Source of the DNA: Mytilus edulis
Lineage: Eukaryota
Direction: 5' to 3'
Assembly (NCBI RefSeq): GCF_963676685.1
Contig: NC_092350.1
Location: forward strand, 40,486,001-40,550,000
Length of the DNA stretch: 64,000 bases
The position numbers and the translations under genes were made by a program. The notes under the pieces were generated by a model. That model saw nothing but the letters and a program-made list of their open reading frames with translations. It ran no database searches and was not told the origin of the DNA. Each line of letters starts with the position of its first letter. The first letter of the stretch is position 1. Of this stretch, positions 12,577 through 22,180 are shown piece by piece.

Positions 12577-14259
12577 CTAATGTATGGTTTCATATGTGAA
12601 AACAGTTTGTTGTTTGTTTGCAACCAACAGACAATTGCTTCTCCGATCGAAATGAATTGCACTAGGGTTTACCAATCCATCATCCAGAGACAACAACTCT
12701 CTGCTTTGTTGTCCATCGGGAGATATCACCACAACGCGATGTGATGTTGAACAAACAACATACACGTTTCCACTGCTATCTACTGCTAGACCACGTGGAC
12801 ATTTCAGTGTGTTCCCATCTTTAAATTTCCAGATCTGTTTGCCCTGCATGTCATAACATTTAACAGATTCATTACTAGTGTAATAGATTTTGTTATCAAA
12901 GATTTCAATGTAGGACCATGAAAGTAAATTAGACTGGACTATAACTGTACTACTTCTGTCCTGAGGGTTGAGTTTGAGAATACCAATGTTGTTTGCACAA
13001 ACATACAACGAACCATTGTGATAAATTATTCCATAGCATCTAGAGTTTGTTGATATATGCCCCGTTATCCTTTCTGTTTCAATATCGATAATATTGACAC
13101 CATTACCATTCCACAAGTTTGACGTTGTAGCTATTGTTTTATCATGTATAAACGTTACATCAAATGAATGGGCCGGTTCGACTGAGATTTTACCATGTCT
13201 TTTCCAATCAGTTCTGAAGACAGCTATATTTCCGGTAATGTAGTCACTTATTGCAATGTTTCCACTCGGTAATACAACAATTCCTCTTATGTCTAAAATT
13301 CCTATTTTTGTGGCTTTGATTAGGTTTAATTTGATATCAGCAATGGATTTTTTAATTTTTATATCCCCTAACTGGGCCTGTCTATTTTTATACCTGACGA
13401 GATCAATTTTACATAGTATTTTATGTATCGTAACTGATCCAAATTTTTTGCTGTTATTTGTAATGTTGCTTATTTTGTCATCTACTTTGAAGATCAAAGT
13501 CATTTCATCCAAGCTATGATCTCTTATGATCGACTGCAGGTACAACTCAGTAGTTGCTGCTTCTGATGAGATCTTCCGTAATCCAAGGTACGTTTGAAGA
13601 TCGGAAGCGTATCTTTCAATGTCTTTTAGTTGTTGTTCAGCATTGTTTGTGTCACCATTCTTACTTTCTAGTATCTGTAGTGCTTGGTTCATATCATTAT
13701 TTAATTTTGCTGTAATTTCAGAGACTTCATTTCTGATCTTCTCTTCTAATTTATCTAAGTGATTATTAATCTTGTTCCTTGTTTCGCTGATCTGGGACAA
13801 TATTGTTTCTTCTTGCTGCTTTATACCTCCTTGTTGTTTCTTCAATTCATTTTGTAGTATTTCTATATTTCTATTAATATCATTCAAACTGTTTTGTGTT
13901 TCTTGGAAAAGGGACGACATTTTAACGTTTTCTATAACCTTACTTATGGGTATTATACCTTTGCATCCATCATGTTTCTCAATACATTTAAGACAGAGAA
14001 GTTCATCGTGAGCTTGGCAAACCATTTGGTATTGTTCATTATGGTCCATGCATGTATTACTGGTTTGTGAAATAGATGCAGACATCGCCAAATGGTCCTG
14101 AATCGATACAGTCACGTGATGTTTAGACAACTTTGAAAATCCGTGGTAAGCGTTACAATCATCACAAAATGCTTGTTCACACTCGGGACACCAGAAAGTT
14201 GACGATTTGGTAACATGTCGTTGTTCACAGATATCACAGAGTTCCTGGGAAGCTGCCAT
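12577..14259 (-). CDS. TRIM-like protein copy 3: B-box1, B-box2, coiled coil, NHL-type beta-propeller, no RING (560 aa)
   Basis: CDIC..CPECEQAFCDDC..H..H and C..H..C..HDELLCLKC..H B-boxes; heptad region; PRGLAVDSSGNVYV NHL motif. True ATG at 14259 follows acceptor ttttgtag at ~14270; single coding exon. Confidence 0.93.
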   Translation of the reverse strand: MAASQELCDICEQRHVTKSSTFWCPECEQAFCDDCNAYHGFSKLSKHHVTVSIQDHLAMSASISQTSNTCMDHNEQYQMVCQAHDELLCLKCIEKHDGCKGIIPISKVIENVKMSSLFQETQNSLNDINRNIEILQNELKKQQGGIKQQEETILSQISETRNKINNHLDKLEEKIRNEVSEITAKLNNDMNQALQILESKNGDTNNAEQQLKDIERYASDLQTYLGLRKISSEAATTELYLQSIIRDHSLDEMTLIFKVDDKISNITNNSKKFGSVTIHKILCKIDLVRYKNRQAQLGDIKIKKSIADIKLNLIKATKIGILDIRGIVVLPSGNIAISDYITGNIAVFRTDWKRHGKISVEPAHSFDVTFIHDKTIATTSNLWNGNGVNIIDIETERITGHISTNSRCYGIIYHNGSLYVCANNIGILKLNPQDRSSTVIVQSNLLSWSYIEIFDNKIYYTSNESVKCYDMQGKQIWKFKDGNTLKCPRGLAVDSSGNVYVVCSTSHRVVVISPDGQQSRELLSLDDGLVNPSAIHFDRRSNCLLVANKQQTVFTYETIH

Positions 14260-14589
14260 CAAATATATTCTACAAAAAATAGGGAACATTTTTTTTTGTT
14301 ATACTAGATCTGAAAAATGTTCATGTCATTACACTAAGTACATTGCATATTGGTTGTTTATTTATCAATATTTTTAAAAGACTTAGATACATGATGATTT
14401 TACTAGTCTGAATAATGGGTAAAGTTCGTGATAAGACTTACCTGATAAGTACGTTATTCAGTCAAAAGTAAACTTGTCCGGTTATCTATACCAAGTTTTA
14501 TCGAAACACATCCTGTAACCCATTCAATGAAAAGGTAAATACATAGCGTTTTTGGTTTTTATCAAACTGTGGGAATCCGTGATACCGTC

Positions 14590-14950
14590 TTAGAACGGAA
14601 TAAATATCCATTTCACAGATGATATCGGATATATTCCTTTTGCCGTAACTACTATACCGTTCCCTTTTCACGAATGTGACCTACCAAATTTTACTTTTTA
14701 CCGGGTCTGTAATAAGATGAACAACACAACGGGTGCCACAGGTGGAGCAAGATCTGCTTACCCTTCTGGATCACCTTCGATCACCCCATGTTATTGGTAG
14801 AGTTCGTGTTGATTAGGCTTCTAGTTTTCTGTATTGTGTCTTGTGTCCTATAACTTGTCTGTTTGTCTTTTTGATTTTTAGCCATGACATGGTCAGTTTA
14901 TTTTCGAACTATGAGTGTGACTGTCCCTCTGGTATCTTTCGCCCTCCTCT
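14590..14950 (+). repeat. Retroelement-derived 3' fragment in the 5'UTR intron of copy 3
   Basis: Same insertion at the orthologous intron position of copy 5 (28200-28556); absent from copy 6 (~39105-39120). Confidence 0.65.
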
Positions 14951-15011
14951 AGTAATGTCTTAAACCATAATAATTGATGGAATGTAACAGATAAATAACC
15001 AAATACAGAAA

Positions 15012-15130
15012 ATGTTTACCTATAGTCTGTAACAACGCCCAGGTATTCGACCAGGAAGTAAAGACAGGAAACGAGTTACATAACGTTGATTAATGTCAAG
15101 TATTTAAACGCGGGAGTTTTTAAATTTCAT
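15012..15130 (-). promoter_or_regulatory. 5' non-coding exon and promoter of TRIM-like copy 3
   Basis: Donor TAG|GTAAAC at 15019; conserved ccaggaagta (ETS core), ttacataa (C/EBP-PAR bZIP-like), tatttaaa (TATA-like on the minus strand). Confidence 0.6.
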
Positions 15131-15870
15131 TACACTGAGTATGAATTGATGCTAGACTGTTACATATTTTTTTTTAAAGAAAAAAAAGAACAAAAATACA
15201 TATTTTGCATACCAATTCCGTTTTCAATGCGCACTGCATTATGTTTCCATGTTATACGAGCATTTACGAGTTCAAGTGCGGTTAACACCAATAATAACCC
15301 TATCATTTAAATCACGTCCTCATTTCTAAAGTGTTATCTGTATTTTATTTGTTCATATAAAATAATCATTGTTTTCTTTTCATTACATTGCGAATAAAAA
15401 TGTATAATTTTGTGTTAAGGAAAAGTAAATTTTAAATGACAAACAAAAACAGATAAAAATGATATAAGAAACTTAATACTTCTGTTAACAAATTTCTACA
15501 TTTATAGAAGGAAACTATCTATGGAACAAACCAATATAATAGCACTAAAACATTATTTAAAAGAAAACTTATTAATAGAAAAAAATATATTCTATAAAAA
15601 ATAAATTACTCAGTAGGGCAGAAAACTGCTACCCGTGGACTCCTTTACTTTTATAAAAACAAATAGACTCCACATATAATGTATATATATTTCATATCCA
15701 AACAGCCTAATGTCTTAAAATCCTTTTCTGCAATGTATCAAAAAGCTGTGTCTATCAAATATATTATATATCTTCTGTTTAGTTTATATAACTATTATGC
15801 ATACAAGTGTGTATAACTCATTATGTTCATGTGCAAATAAGAAAAAAATGAAATTTAATATAAAAAAAAC

Positions 15871-15901
<31 letters not shown>

Positions 15902-16200
15902 AACCTGTGCATTTGTTATACTTGATTATCATTGTAGATATAATACTAACAAAAACTAACAACTGTATAAATATGTTTATTTACTAATATTAACGATGCC
16001 GGGATAAGGTACCGGTACTTGATGTTTTAAAATAACAAATGTACAGATTTCAATAAAATATGATAACTTTAAAAAAAAAAATTGTTAATATGACATGAAG
16101 TATCATTGATATGATCATATATATATATATGTTCCGGACCATATGAGTATTTGGACCATACGCGTATGGTCGGGGTAATTAACAGGTAAAATTTTAATAC

Positions 16201-16469
16201 TTAAATATATTTCATTTCGTTTGAAATTGGGGTTTTCCCGTTAGGTATTTGTAGTTATTATATATAGATGGGAACTAGTGGAACTAGTTTTAGAACTAGT
16301 TCTGCAGGAGTATGTACTATTTATAAAGTCTGATGTTACGTGTACAAGGCACGAGAAAAGTTTTGGCGGTTTCTACGGGTGGGGTACTATATAAAGTTTG
16401 GCATTTAAATGTATTAGTATCGAAGGTGCTCGCAGTTAGGTCGTATAGTACGAAGTTAGTCACATTAAT
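16201..16469 (+). repeat. Split direct repeat A1 (269 bp)
   Basis: Identical by eye to 20646-20914. Confidence 0.95.
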
Positions 16470-16480
16470 TTACGTTTATC

Positions 16481-17227
16481 ATGTCCGATACTGGTTCCGA
16501 CCATGATGATTTGAGACCGTCCAAAAGTAAAGAGAGTACATCAAATACCGAGTTGTCTACTGATGGTGCCGTATCTTTGTTTTCAACAGTTTTAACGAAC
16601 GCTCTAGAACAGCAGAAAGTTAATTTAATCAAACATTTCGAAAACCAATTTATACAACCAGTGAAGTCAACCGGTGTTTCGACTCCAGATTTCGTTTTCA
16701 AGAGAGAGGGACATCGCATTCAGTACTTATTTAATACAGAAAGGTCCGACACGATTTCAAGAATAGAGAAACTGATAAGGTCCAAATCGTACGTTCAGGC
16801 GTTGGAGGTGTTAGCAGAAGAGAAAGAAACCTTGCGGAAGAGGAACAAAATTGTGAAAATCGCCGACAAACATGGATGGGACACCGTTAATGAATATCTT
16901 GATAGTCCTTTGGCTGACGATAAGGATGATGCAGCCAATTTGCGTTCCGCTATTGCCAGTGCTTCTAGAAAAAGGAAAAGTTCAAAACCGTATGATCGGC
17001 CCAGCAATAAGCCTACAGAAAGTGGAAATAAATTCAACGCAAAGAATTTTTTTCGTGGGATTAGTCAAAACAGTGGATTCGGAGAAAATGCAGGTCAGTC
17101 ACAGAACAGATCCGGGAAATGCTTCTATTGCAATCAACAAGGACATTTCGCCAGATACTGTCCATTCAAGGCAAGTCCGTCAGCAACAGTCAGCACGGCC
17201 CCAAAGGAACAAGAAAAGTCACAGTAA
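16481..17227 (+). CDS. gag: Gag-like protein with CCHC zinc knuckle
   Basis: CFYCNQQGHFARYC (CX2CX4HX4C); KIADKHGWDTVNEY block typical of DIRS-type gag. Confidence 0.85.
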   Translation: MSDTGSDHDDLRPSKSKESTSNTELSTDGAVSLFSTVLTNALEQQKVNLIKHFENQFIQPVKSTGVSTPDFVFKREGHRIQYLFNTERSDTISRIEKLIRSKSYVQALEVLAEEKETLRKRNKIVKIADKHGWDTVNEYLDSPLADDKDDAANLRSAIASASRKRKSSKPYDRPSNKPTESGNKFNAKNFFRGISQNSGFGENAGQSQNRSGKCFYCNQQGHFARYCPFKASPSATVSTAPKEQEKSQ

Positions 17228-19229
17228 AGAACCGACGTTAGATGAAGATACTACGAATGGAGTTGAGTATAATTTTGACTTTATTAACAATTATGAAATT
17301 AAATCTGGAGATCAAGTTATTAACGTTAAAGGGAATTTAAAACATAATGTGTCTTTTTGGAAATCTGTTTTACAGGCAAATGATTTTATCGTAAATACAA
17401 TAGAATTTGGCTATCGTATTCCATTTAATATTGAACCATGTTGTATTTATTTACCTAATAACAAATCAGCTCTTAAGCATGCCACTTTTGTTGAAAAGTC
17501 AATAGATGAACTTCTTACTACCAATTGTATTAATGAAGTAGAGTGTCCACCTTTTGTAGTAAATCCGTTAACTGTTTCGGTACAAAGCTCAGGTAAAATA
17601 AGACTTGTACTAGATTTAAGACATGTAAACAAATATGTTGAAAAACAAAAGGTTAAATTTGAAGGTGTTAATGAAGCATTATCTTTTGCACATAATTCAA
17701 AATACATGTATAAATTTGATTTAAGGCATGGTTATCATCACTTAGATGTGCATTATGATCATCAAAAATTTTTAGGTTTTTCATGGAAATTCGGCAATAA
17801 AACCAGATTTTTTACTTTCACAGTTTTGCCTTTCGGTTTGTCATCAGCAGGTCACATTTTTACTAAAACGCTTAGAGTTTTAGTAAAATATTGGAGAGCT
17901 ATGAGTATTCCTATTGTGGTTTATTTAGATGACGGGTGGGGAACTGCAGAAAATTCAGAAATATGTGAAAATATGGCTTTACAGGTTAAAAGTGATCTAG
18001 AAAAATCTGGTTTCGTTGTAAATAATAAAAAGAGTGTATGGACACCTGTTCAAATTATGGAATGGCTAGGTTTTAATTGGAATTTAAAAGACGGAACTTT
18101 AGAAATACCTGTGAAAAAATTTGAGAATTTAAAAAACATAATATCTGCTTTATTTGAATGTAATATACATATCACTTGTAGAAATTTAGCTAAAGTGTGT
18201 GGAAAAATAATTTCTATGTTACCAGCATTAGGCAGTATTTGTCAAATTATGACAAGACATTTACATATGACTATCTGTTGTAGAGATTATTGGGATTCTT
18301 TTGTATATTTGAATGAAAATGTTATTCAAGAACTTAGATTTTGGTATTTTTACTGTGAAAAAATTAGTTTTAGGCATATTTCATATTTTCATAGAATGCC
18401 CGAGAGAATTGTTTTTTCTGATGCCAGCGAATATGCAGGTGCTGGTTATATTGTAGGTTCAAATAATGTCGCTCATTTTATGTGGGATAAATCAGAAAAA
18501 ACCAAGAGTTCAACTTGGAGAGAATTAAAAGCAGTAAGCAATATTTTACAGTCTGTACATAATCAATTGAGTGGAAAACTTGTAAAAATTTACACCGATA
18601 ATCAGAATGTGACTAAGATTATTAGAAAAGGTAGTATGAAGTCAGAGCTTCAGGACATAGCTTTAGATGTTTTTAATATATGTTTAGATAACAATATTGT
18701 ATTAGAAATTGAATGGATCCTGAGAGATAAAAATATTCAAGCTGACGAATTGAGCAAAATTTTCGATTTTGATGATTGGGGTGTTTCAGATATTATTTTT
18801 AAATATTTTGATAGATTATGGGGTCCATTCAATTGTGATTTATTTGCTGACAGTAGAAATAAAAAAGTATCTAGGTTCTTCTCAAAGTTTTTTACACCTG
18901 GTACCTCCGGTGTTGATGCATTTGCATATGACTGGTCAGCATTTAATAACTGGATAGTTCCTCCTATTTATTTGATTACTAGGGTTATTAATTATATGCT
19001 TATATGCAAGGCAAAAGGTGCATTAGTAATACCTAAGTGGAAATCAGCTGTGTATTGGCCTATGATTGTGAATCATTTAACATATGAATATAAAGACTAT
19101 ATTAAAGATTTTCGTGAGTACAGAAATCCGAAATCATTTTTTATAAAAGGATCGGACGAAAACAGTATCTTTGCTAAGCAACCATTTAACAGTAATGTGT
19201 TAGTGTTGTTAGTTGATTTTACAACTTAG
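16872..19229 (+). CDS. pol: Reverse transcriptase - RNase H - methyltransferase-like polyprotein
   Basis: RLVLDLR, DLRHGYHH, LPFGLSSA, YLDD; RNase H FSDAS..RELKA..TDNQ..ADELSK; C-terminal DLFA..DAF..W..NWIVPP (Dam-like MT region). Overlaps gag in the +1 frame; real start uncertain. Confidence 0.92.
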   Translation: MDGTPLMNILIVLWLTIRMMQPICVPLLPVLLEKGKVQNRMIGPAISLQKVEINSTQRIFFVGLVKTVDSEKMQVSHRTDPGNASIAINKDISPDTVHSRQVRQQQSARPQRNKKSHSKEPTLDEDTTNGVEYNFDFINNYEIKSGDQVINVKGNLKHNVSFWKSVLQANDFIVNTIEFGYRIPFNIEPCCIYLPNNKSALKHATFVEKSIDELLTTNCINEVECPPFVVNPLTVSVQSSGKIRLVLDLRHVNKYVEKQKVKFEGVNEALSFAHNSKYMYKFDLRHGYHHLDVHYDHQKFLGFSWKFGNKTRFFTFTVLPFGLSSAGHIFTKTLRVLVKYWRAMSIPIVVYLDDGWGTAENSEICENMALQVKSDLEKSGFVVNNKKSVWTPVQIMEWLGFNWNLKDGTLEIPVKKFENLKNIISALFECNIHITCRNLAKVCGKIISMLPALGSICQIMTRHLHMTICCRDYWDSFVYLNENVIQELRFWYFYCEKISFRHISYFHRMPERIVFSDASEYAGAGYIVGSNNVAHFMWDKSEKTKSSTWRELKAVSNILQSVHNQLSGKLVKIYTDNQNVTKIIRKGSMKSELQDIALDVFNICLDNNIVLEIEWILRDKNIQADELSKIFDFDDWGVSDIIFKYFDRLWGPFNCDLFADSRNKKVSRFFSKFFTPGTSGVDAFAYDWSAFNNWIVPPIYLITRVINYMLICKAKGALVIPKWKSAVYWPMIVNHLTYEYKDYIKDFREYRNPKSFFIKGSDENSIFAKQPFNSNVLVLLVDFTT

Positions 19230-19490
19230 AAATTTAGATGATTATCTATTTAGATACAATTATATATGTGTATGTCACACAGTGTGAAATGTTTACGGGT
19301 GAACAATATAGTTGTTCTGTGGTATAATATACAGTGTTATGATGGATTATATATGAACTTTCACGAGCTATGTTGCACAGTGTAACATAAAGAATCACAC
19401 AGTGTGATTAGAGGATGATGTATGTAGATATGAGATGTATATATTAATAGAACTTTAATGTTAAGATACATGTATGTATAAAGATTTTAA

Positions 19491-20510
19491 TTGGGTTTTT
19501 TCTATTTACAGACTCAATGGAAACAGTTCGAAGAATTAGCCAATGATTCTAGATTTGCCAAAATTGTCAGTGCATTGCCATCAATTGTGGAAGCGTCTAG
19601 CTCAAAATCTACTGTTAAAAAGTATAAATTTTATTTTGGAAAATTTCGTATTTGGTGTTCCGATTGCCAACTTGAATTTTCTCCGGCTAATTCAACTACA
19701 GTATGTTTTTATATCGGTTCACTGATACAGCAAGGTGTTGGCGTGTCAGTTTTAGAATCTAACTTTTATTCAATTAAATGGTATCATGACATTAACTTTA
19801 AATACAATCCTTGTTCTGATAAGTTGTTATCTAATATTCTGGAAGGCGGTCGTAGAATTTTGAGTAAACCCATCAACAAAAAAGAGCCTATTACTACTGA
19901 CATTTTAAAGTTAATTGTTTCTAGATACGGCTCCGAACATGATTTGTCTAATTTAAGAGTGTGTTTACTATGTCTTCTTGGATTTTCCGGTTTCTTACGC
20001 TACAGCGAGTTAGCTAAGATAAAAAGAAACAACATTGTTTTTTATGATACTCATGTTGAGATTACTATTGATAAGAGTAAAACAGACATTTATAGAAGAG
20101 GAAACACGGTTATAATTGCTAGGACCGGGAATGAAACGTGTCCTGTTAAGTGGTTAAAAATTTATTTGAAATTAGCTGGTTTAGAATCTGATTCTGATTA
20201 TTTTATTTTTCGGTCTTTGTCATTTTTGAAATCACAAGGTGTATACAAACTAAGCAAAAACAATACATCCTTATCGTACACTAGAGCTCGTGAGATATTA
20301 CTTAAGGCATTGGAAGACATTGGTTTGGATAAATCTAAATTCGGGTTGCATAGTCTGAGAAGTGGAGGTGCTACCTCAGCAGCTAATAACGGGGTTTCTG
20401 ATAGATTATTGAAGGCCCACGGTAGATGGTCATCAGATCAGTCGAAAGATGGTTATATTAAGGACAATTTACATCGTCAGTTGGTAGTATCTTTGAATCT
20501 TGGCATCTAA
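19491..20510 (+). CDS. Tyrosine recombinase
   Basis: GFLRYSE (R), KSKTD (K), HSLRSGGAT (HxxR), HGRW, DGYI (Y). No ATG in the frame; acceptor-like tttacag at 19505-19511. Confidence 0.92.
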   Translation: MGFFYLQTQWKQFEELANDSRFAKIVSALPSIVEASSSKSTVKKYKFYFGKFRIWCSDCQLEFSPANSTTVCFYIGSLIQQGVGVSVLESNFYSIKWYHDINFKYNPCSDKLLSNILEGGRRILSKPINKKEPITTDILKLIVSRYGSEHDLSNLRVCLLCLLGFSGFLRYSELAKIKRNNIVFYDTHVEITIDKSKTDIYRRGNTVIIARTGNETCPVKWLKIYLKLAGLESDSDYFIFRSLSFLKSQGVYKLSKNNTSLSYTRAREILLKALEDIGLDKSKFGLHSLRSGGATSAANNGVSDRLLKAHGRWSSDQSKDGYIKDNLHRQLVVSLNLGI

Positions 20511-20539
20511 TTCTGAACTGTTTCATTTCCTTTGATTCG

Positions 20540-20649
20540 ATGTTACTGCGAGCAACTAACTCTATTTCTGTGTTTGTTTTGTTTAAAGCCTATTGAATTT
20601 AGAGTAGAAATACTTTAAATTCGGACGAGCAGGGCGAGGGAGAATTTAA
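20540..20649 (+). repeat. Split direct repeat B1 (110 bp)
   Basis: Identical by eye to 21015-21124. Confidence 0.95.
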
Positions 20650-20914
20650 ATATATTTCATTTCGTTTGAAATTGGGGTTTTCCCGTTAGGTATTTGTAGT
20701 TATTATATATAGATGGGAACTAGTGGAACTAGTTTTAGAACTAGTTCTGCAGGAGTATGTACTATTTATAAAGTCTGATGTTACGTGTACAAGGCACGAG
20801 AAAAGTTTTGGCGGTTTCTACGGGTGGGGTACTATATAAAGTTTGGCATTTAAATGTATTAGTATCGAAGGTGCTCGCAGTTAGGTCGTATAGTACGAAG
20901 TTAGTCACATTAAT
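20646..20914 (+). repeat. Split direct repeat A2
   Basis: Copy of A1; overlaps B1 by TTAA. Confidence 0.95.
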
Positions 20915-21014
20915 GGCTGCTATGTTTATTACATGTATTTATATTATGTTGTTTGTATCGAAGAAACTTGTATTATAGAGTGAAATAAAATGTGTATCGC
21001 AAGAGAAGATAATA

Positions 21015-21124
21015 ATGTTACTGCGAGCAACTAACTCTATTTCTGTGTTTGTTTTGTTTAAAGCCTATTGAATTTAGAGTAGAAATACTTTAAATTCGGA
21101 CGAGCAGGGCGAGGGAGAATTTAA
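21015..21124 (+). repeat. Split direct repeat B2 (element 3' end)
   Basis: Copy of B1; ends gaatttaa and can form the hairpin ttaaattc..gaatttaa. Confidence 0.95.
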
Positions 21125-21961
21125 CTCTACATATAACCCTTCTAGTTAATCATCACGTCATTTAAAAAAAAAACTACCAAAGGTAATTTTATTATAGATC
21201 TATCAAAAACTAATAGTTTCACAAAGTAAATTTCACTAGTTAAACATGTTAAAACTATAGGTAACAAATTTTTAACCTATGTTCATTACTTATTACGAGT
21301 GAATGGCAAAATGTCGATTTGGGAAGATAACTTCCAAAAATATCTGCTAGAAAAGAAGTCAACTATAAACTGACGTAAAAGTCGACATGCAGAACGAGTC
21401 TAATAATTTGCTTATTTTTAAAACTTTATATAATTAGCATTAGCAGTTCAGAATTTTGTTAATAATATGAGTTTTTAATTCAAAAGATGAATGACGTCAC
21501 CGGCACGAACCCTAGTTTACTTAAGTTATTTGGTGGTATGATGTACAGTCATGTTACTATATTGGAGATCTAAAAACACCGTAGACATATTGGAACGAAC
21601 CAGGACCCAAGAAAAGCTATGGTACCGTGTGGATGTAAATGTCACCCTACGCATACAGGCACGAATACATATGCGATGAAAACTAATTTTGGTATCAATA
21701 TTTAATGTTTATGTAGTCTTTGAATTGTAAATAATACATTTTCATATAGCCATCATTGTTTTTTGGTAAAGTTTTCTAATGCATATTATTGAAAAAAATC
21801 TATATGGTTCAAAAACTCATATGGTCCTGCCCCGTTAATAACCGAAAGGAGTATATACTCATATGGTCCAACCATACGCGTATGGTCGGACCATATAAGT
21901 ATACGCATACGGTCATGACCATACGCGTATTTTCCAAATACTCATATGGTCCGGAACATAT

Positions 21962-22180
21962 ATCGTTTATCAAATACTAAGGCTTTTCTACCTCAGGAAT
22001 AGATATTCTTAACTGTATTTGACAAAACTTTTAGGGAATGGTAGTCCTTAATGCTCTTCAACTTCGTAATTTATTTGGCCTTTTTAACTTTTTGGATTCT
22101 AGCGTCACTAATGAGTCTTTTGTAGACGAAACGACGCGCGTAAATATAAAATTCAATCCTGGTATATATGATCTGTTTAT
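21962..22180 (+). mobile_element. Retrozyme-like repeat (family B) with degenerate hammerhead
   Basis: gcgtca-ctaatga-gtct-tttgt-agac-gaaac at ~22102-22132. Another degenerate copy at ~22632-22677; both duplicated at +2585. Confidence 0.6.

Larger units (their letters stand above)
16201..21124 (+). mobile_element. Full-length tyrosine-recombinase retrotransposon, PAT-like DIRS group
   Basis: gag, RT/RNaseH/MT-like and YR ORFs all open; split direct repeats A1-ORFs-B1-A2-spacer-B2; TTAA at both ends and at the B1/A2 junction. Confidence 0.92.
16130..21958. mobile_element. TA-flanked MITE (Tc1/mariner-type non-autonomous) interrupted by the YR retrotransposon
   Basis: TIRs tgttccggaccatatgagtatttgga / tccaaatactcatatggtccggaaca, flanked by TA in a (TA)n tract; repeated ccatacgcgtatgg subterminal palindromes. 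Confidence 0.8.

Noticed and set aside
13256-14011. Antisense and alternate-frame ORFs over TRIM genes (e.g. 647, 13256, 13772, 27394, 37107, 37478)
   Set aside because: Shadows of the conserved coding strand with no independent motifs.
14260-14289. ORF-track N-terminal extensions of TRIM genes (also 27882-27920) and the GPCR (48682-48696)
   Set aside because: They run through splice-acceptor tracts or start at non-ATG codons; paralogs align from MAA.
19275-19409. RAG recombination signal heptamers or iron-responsive elements (CACAGTG / CAGUGN)
   Set aside because: No ACAAAAACC nonamer at 12/23 spacing and no IRE 5-bp upper stem with C bulge.
16201-21124. Prophage/integron, DIRS1-type or Ngaro assignment
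   Set aside because: YR is linked to gag and RT; no inverted terminal repeats or ICR; the MT-like domain argues against Ngaro (phylogeny still needed).
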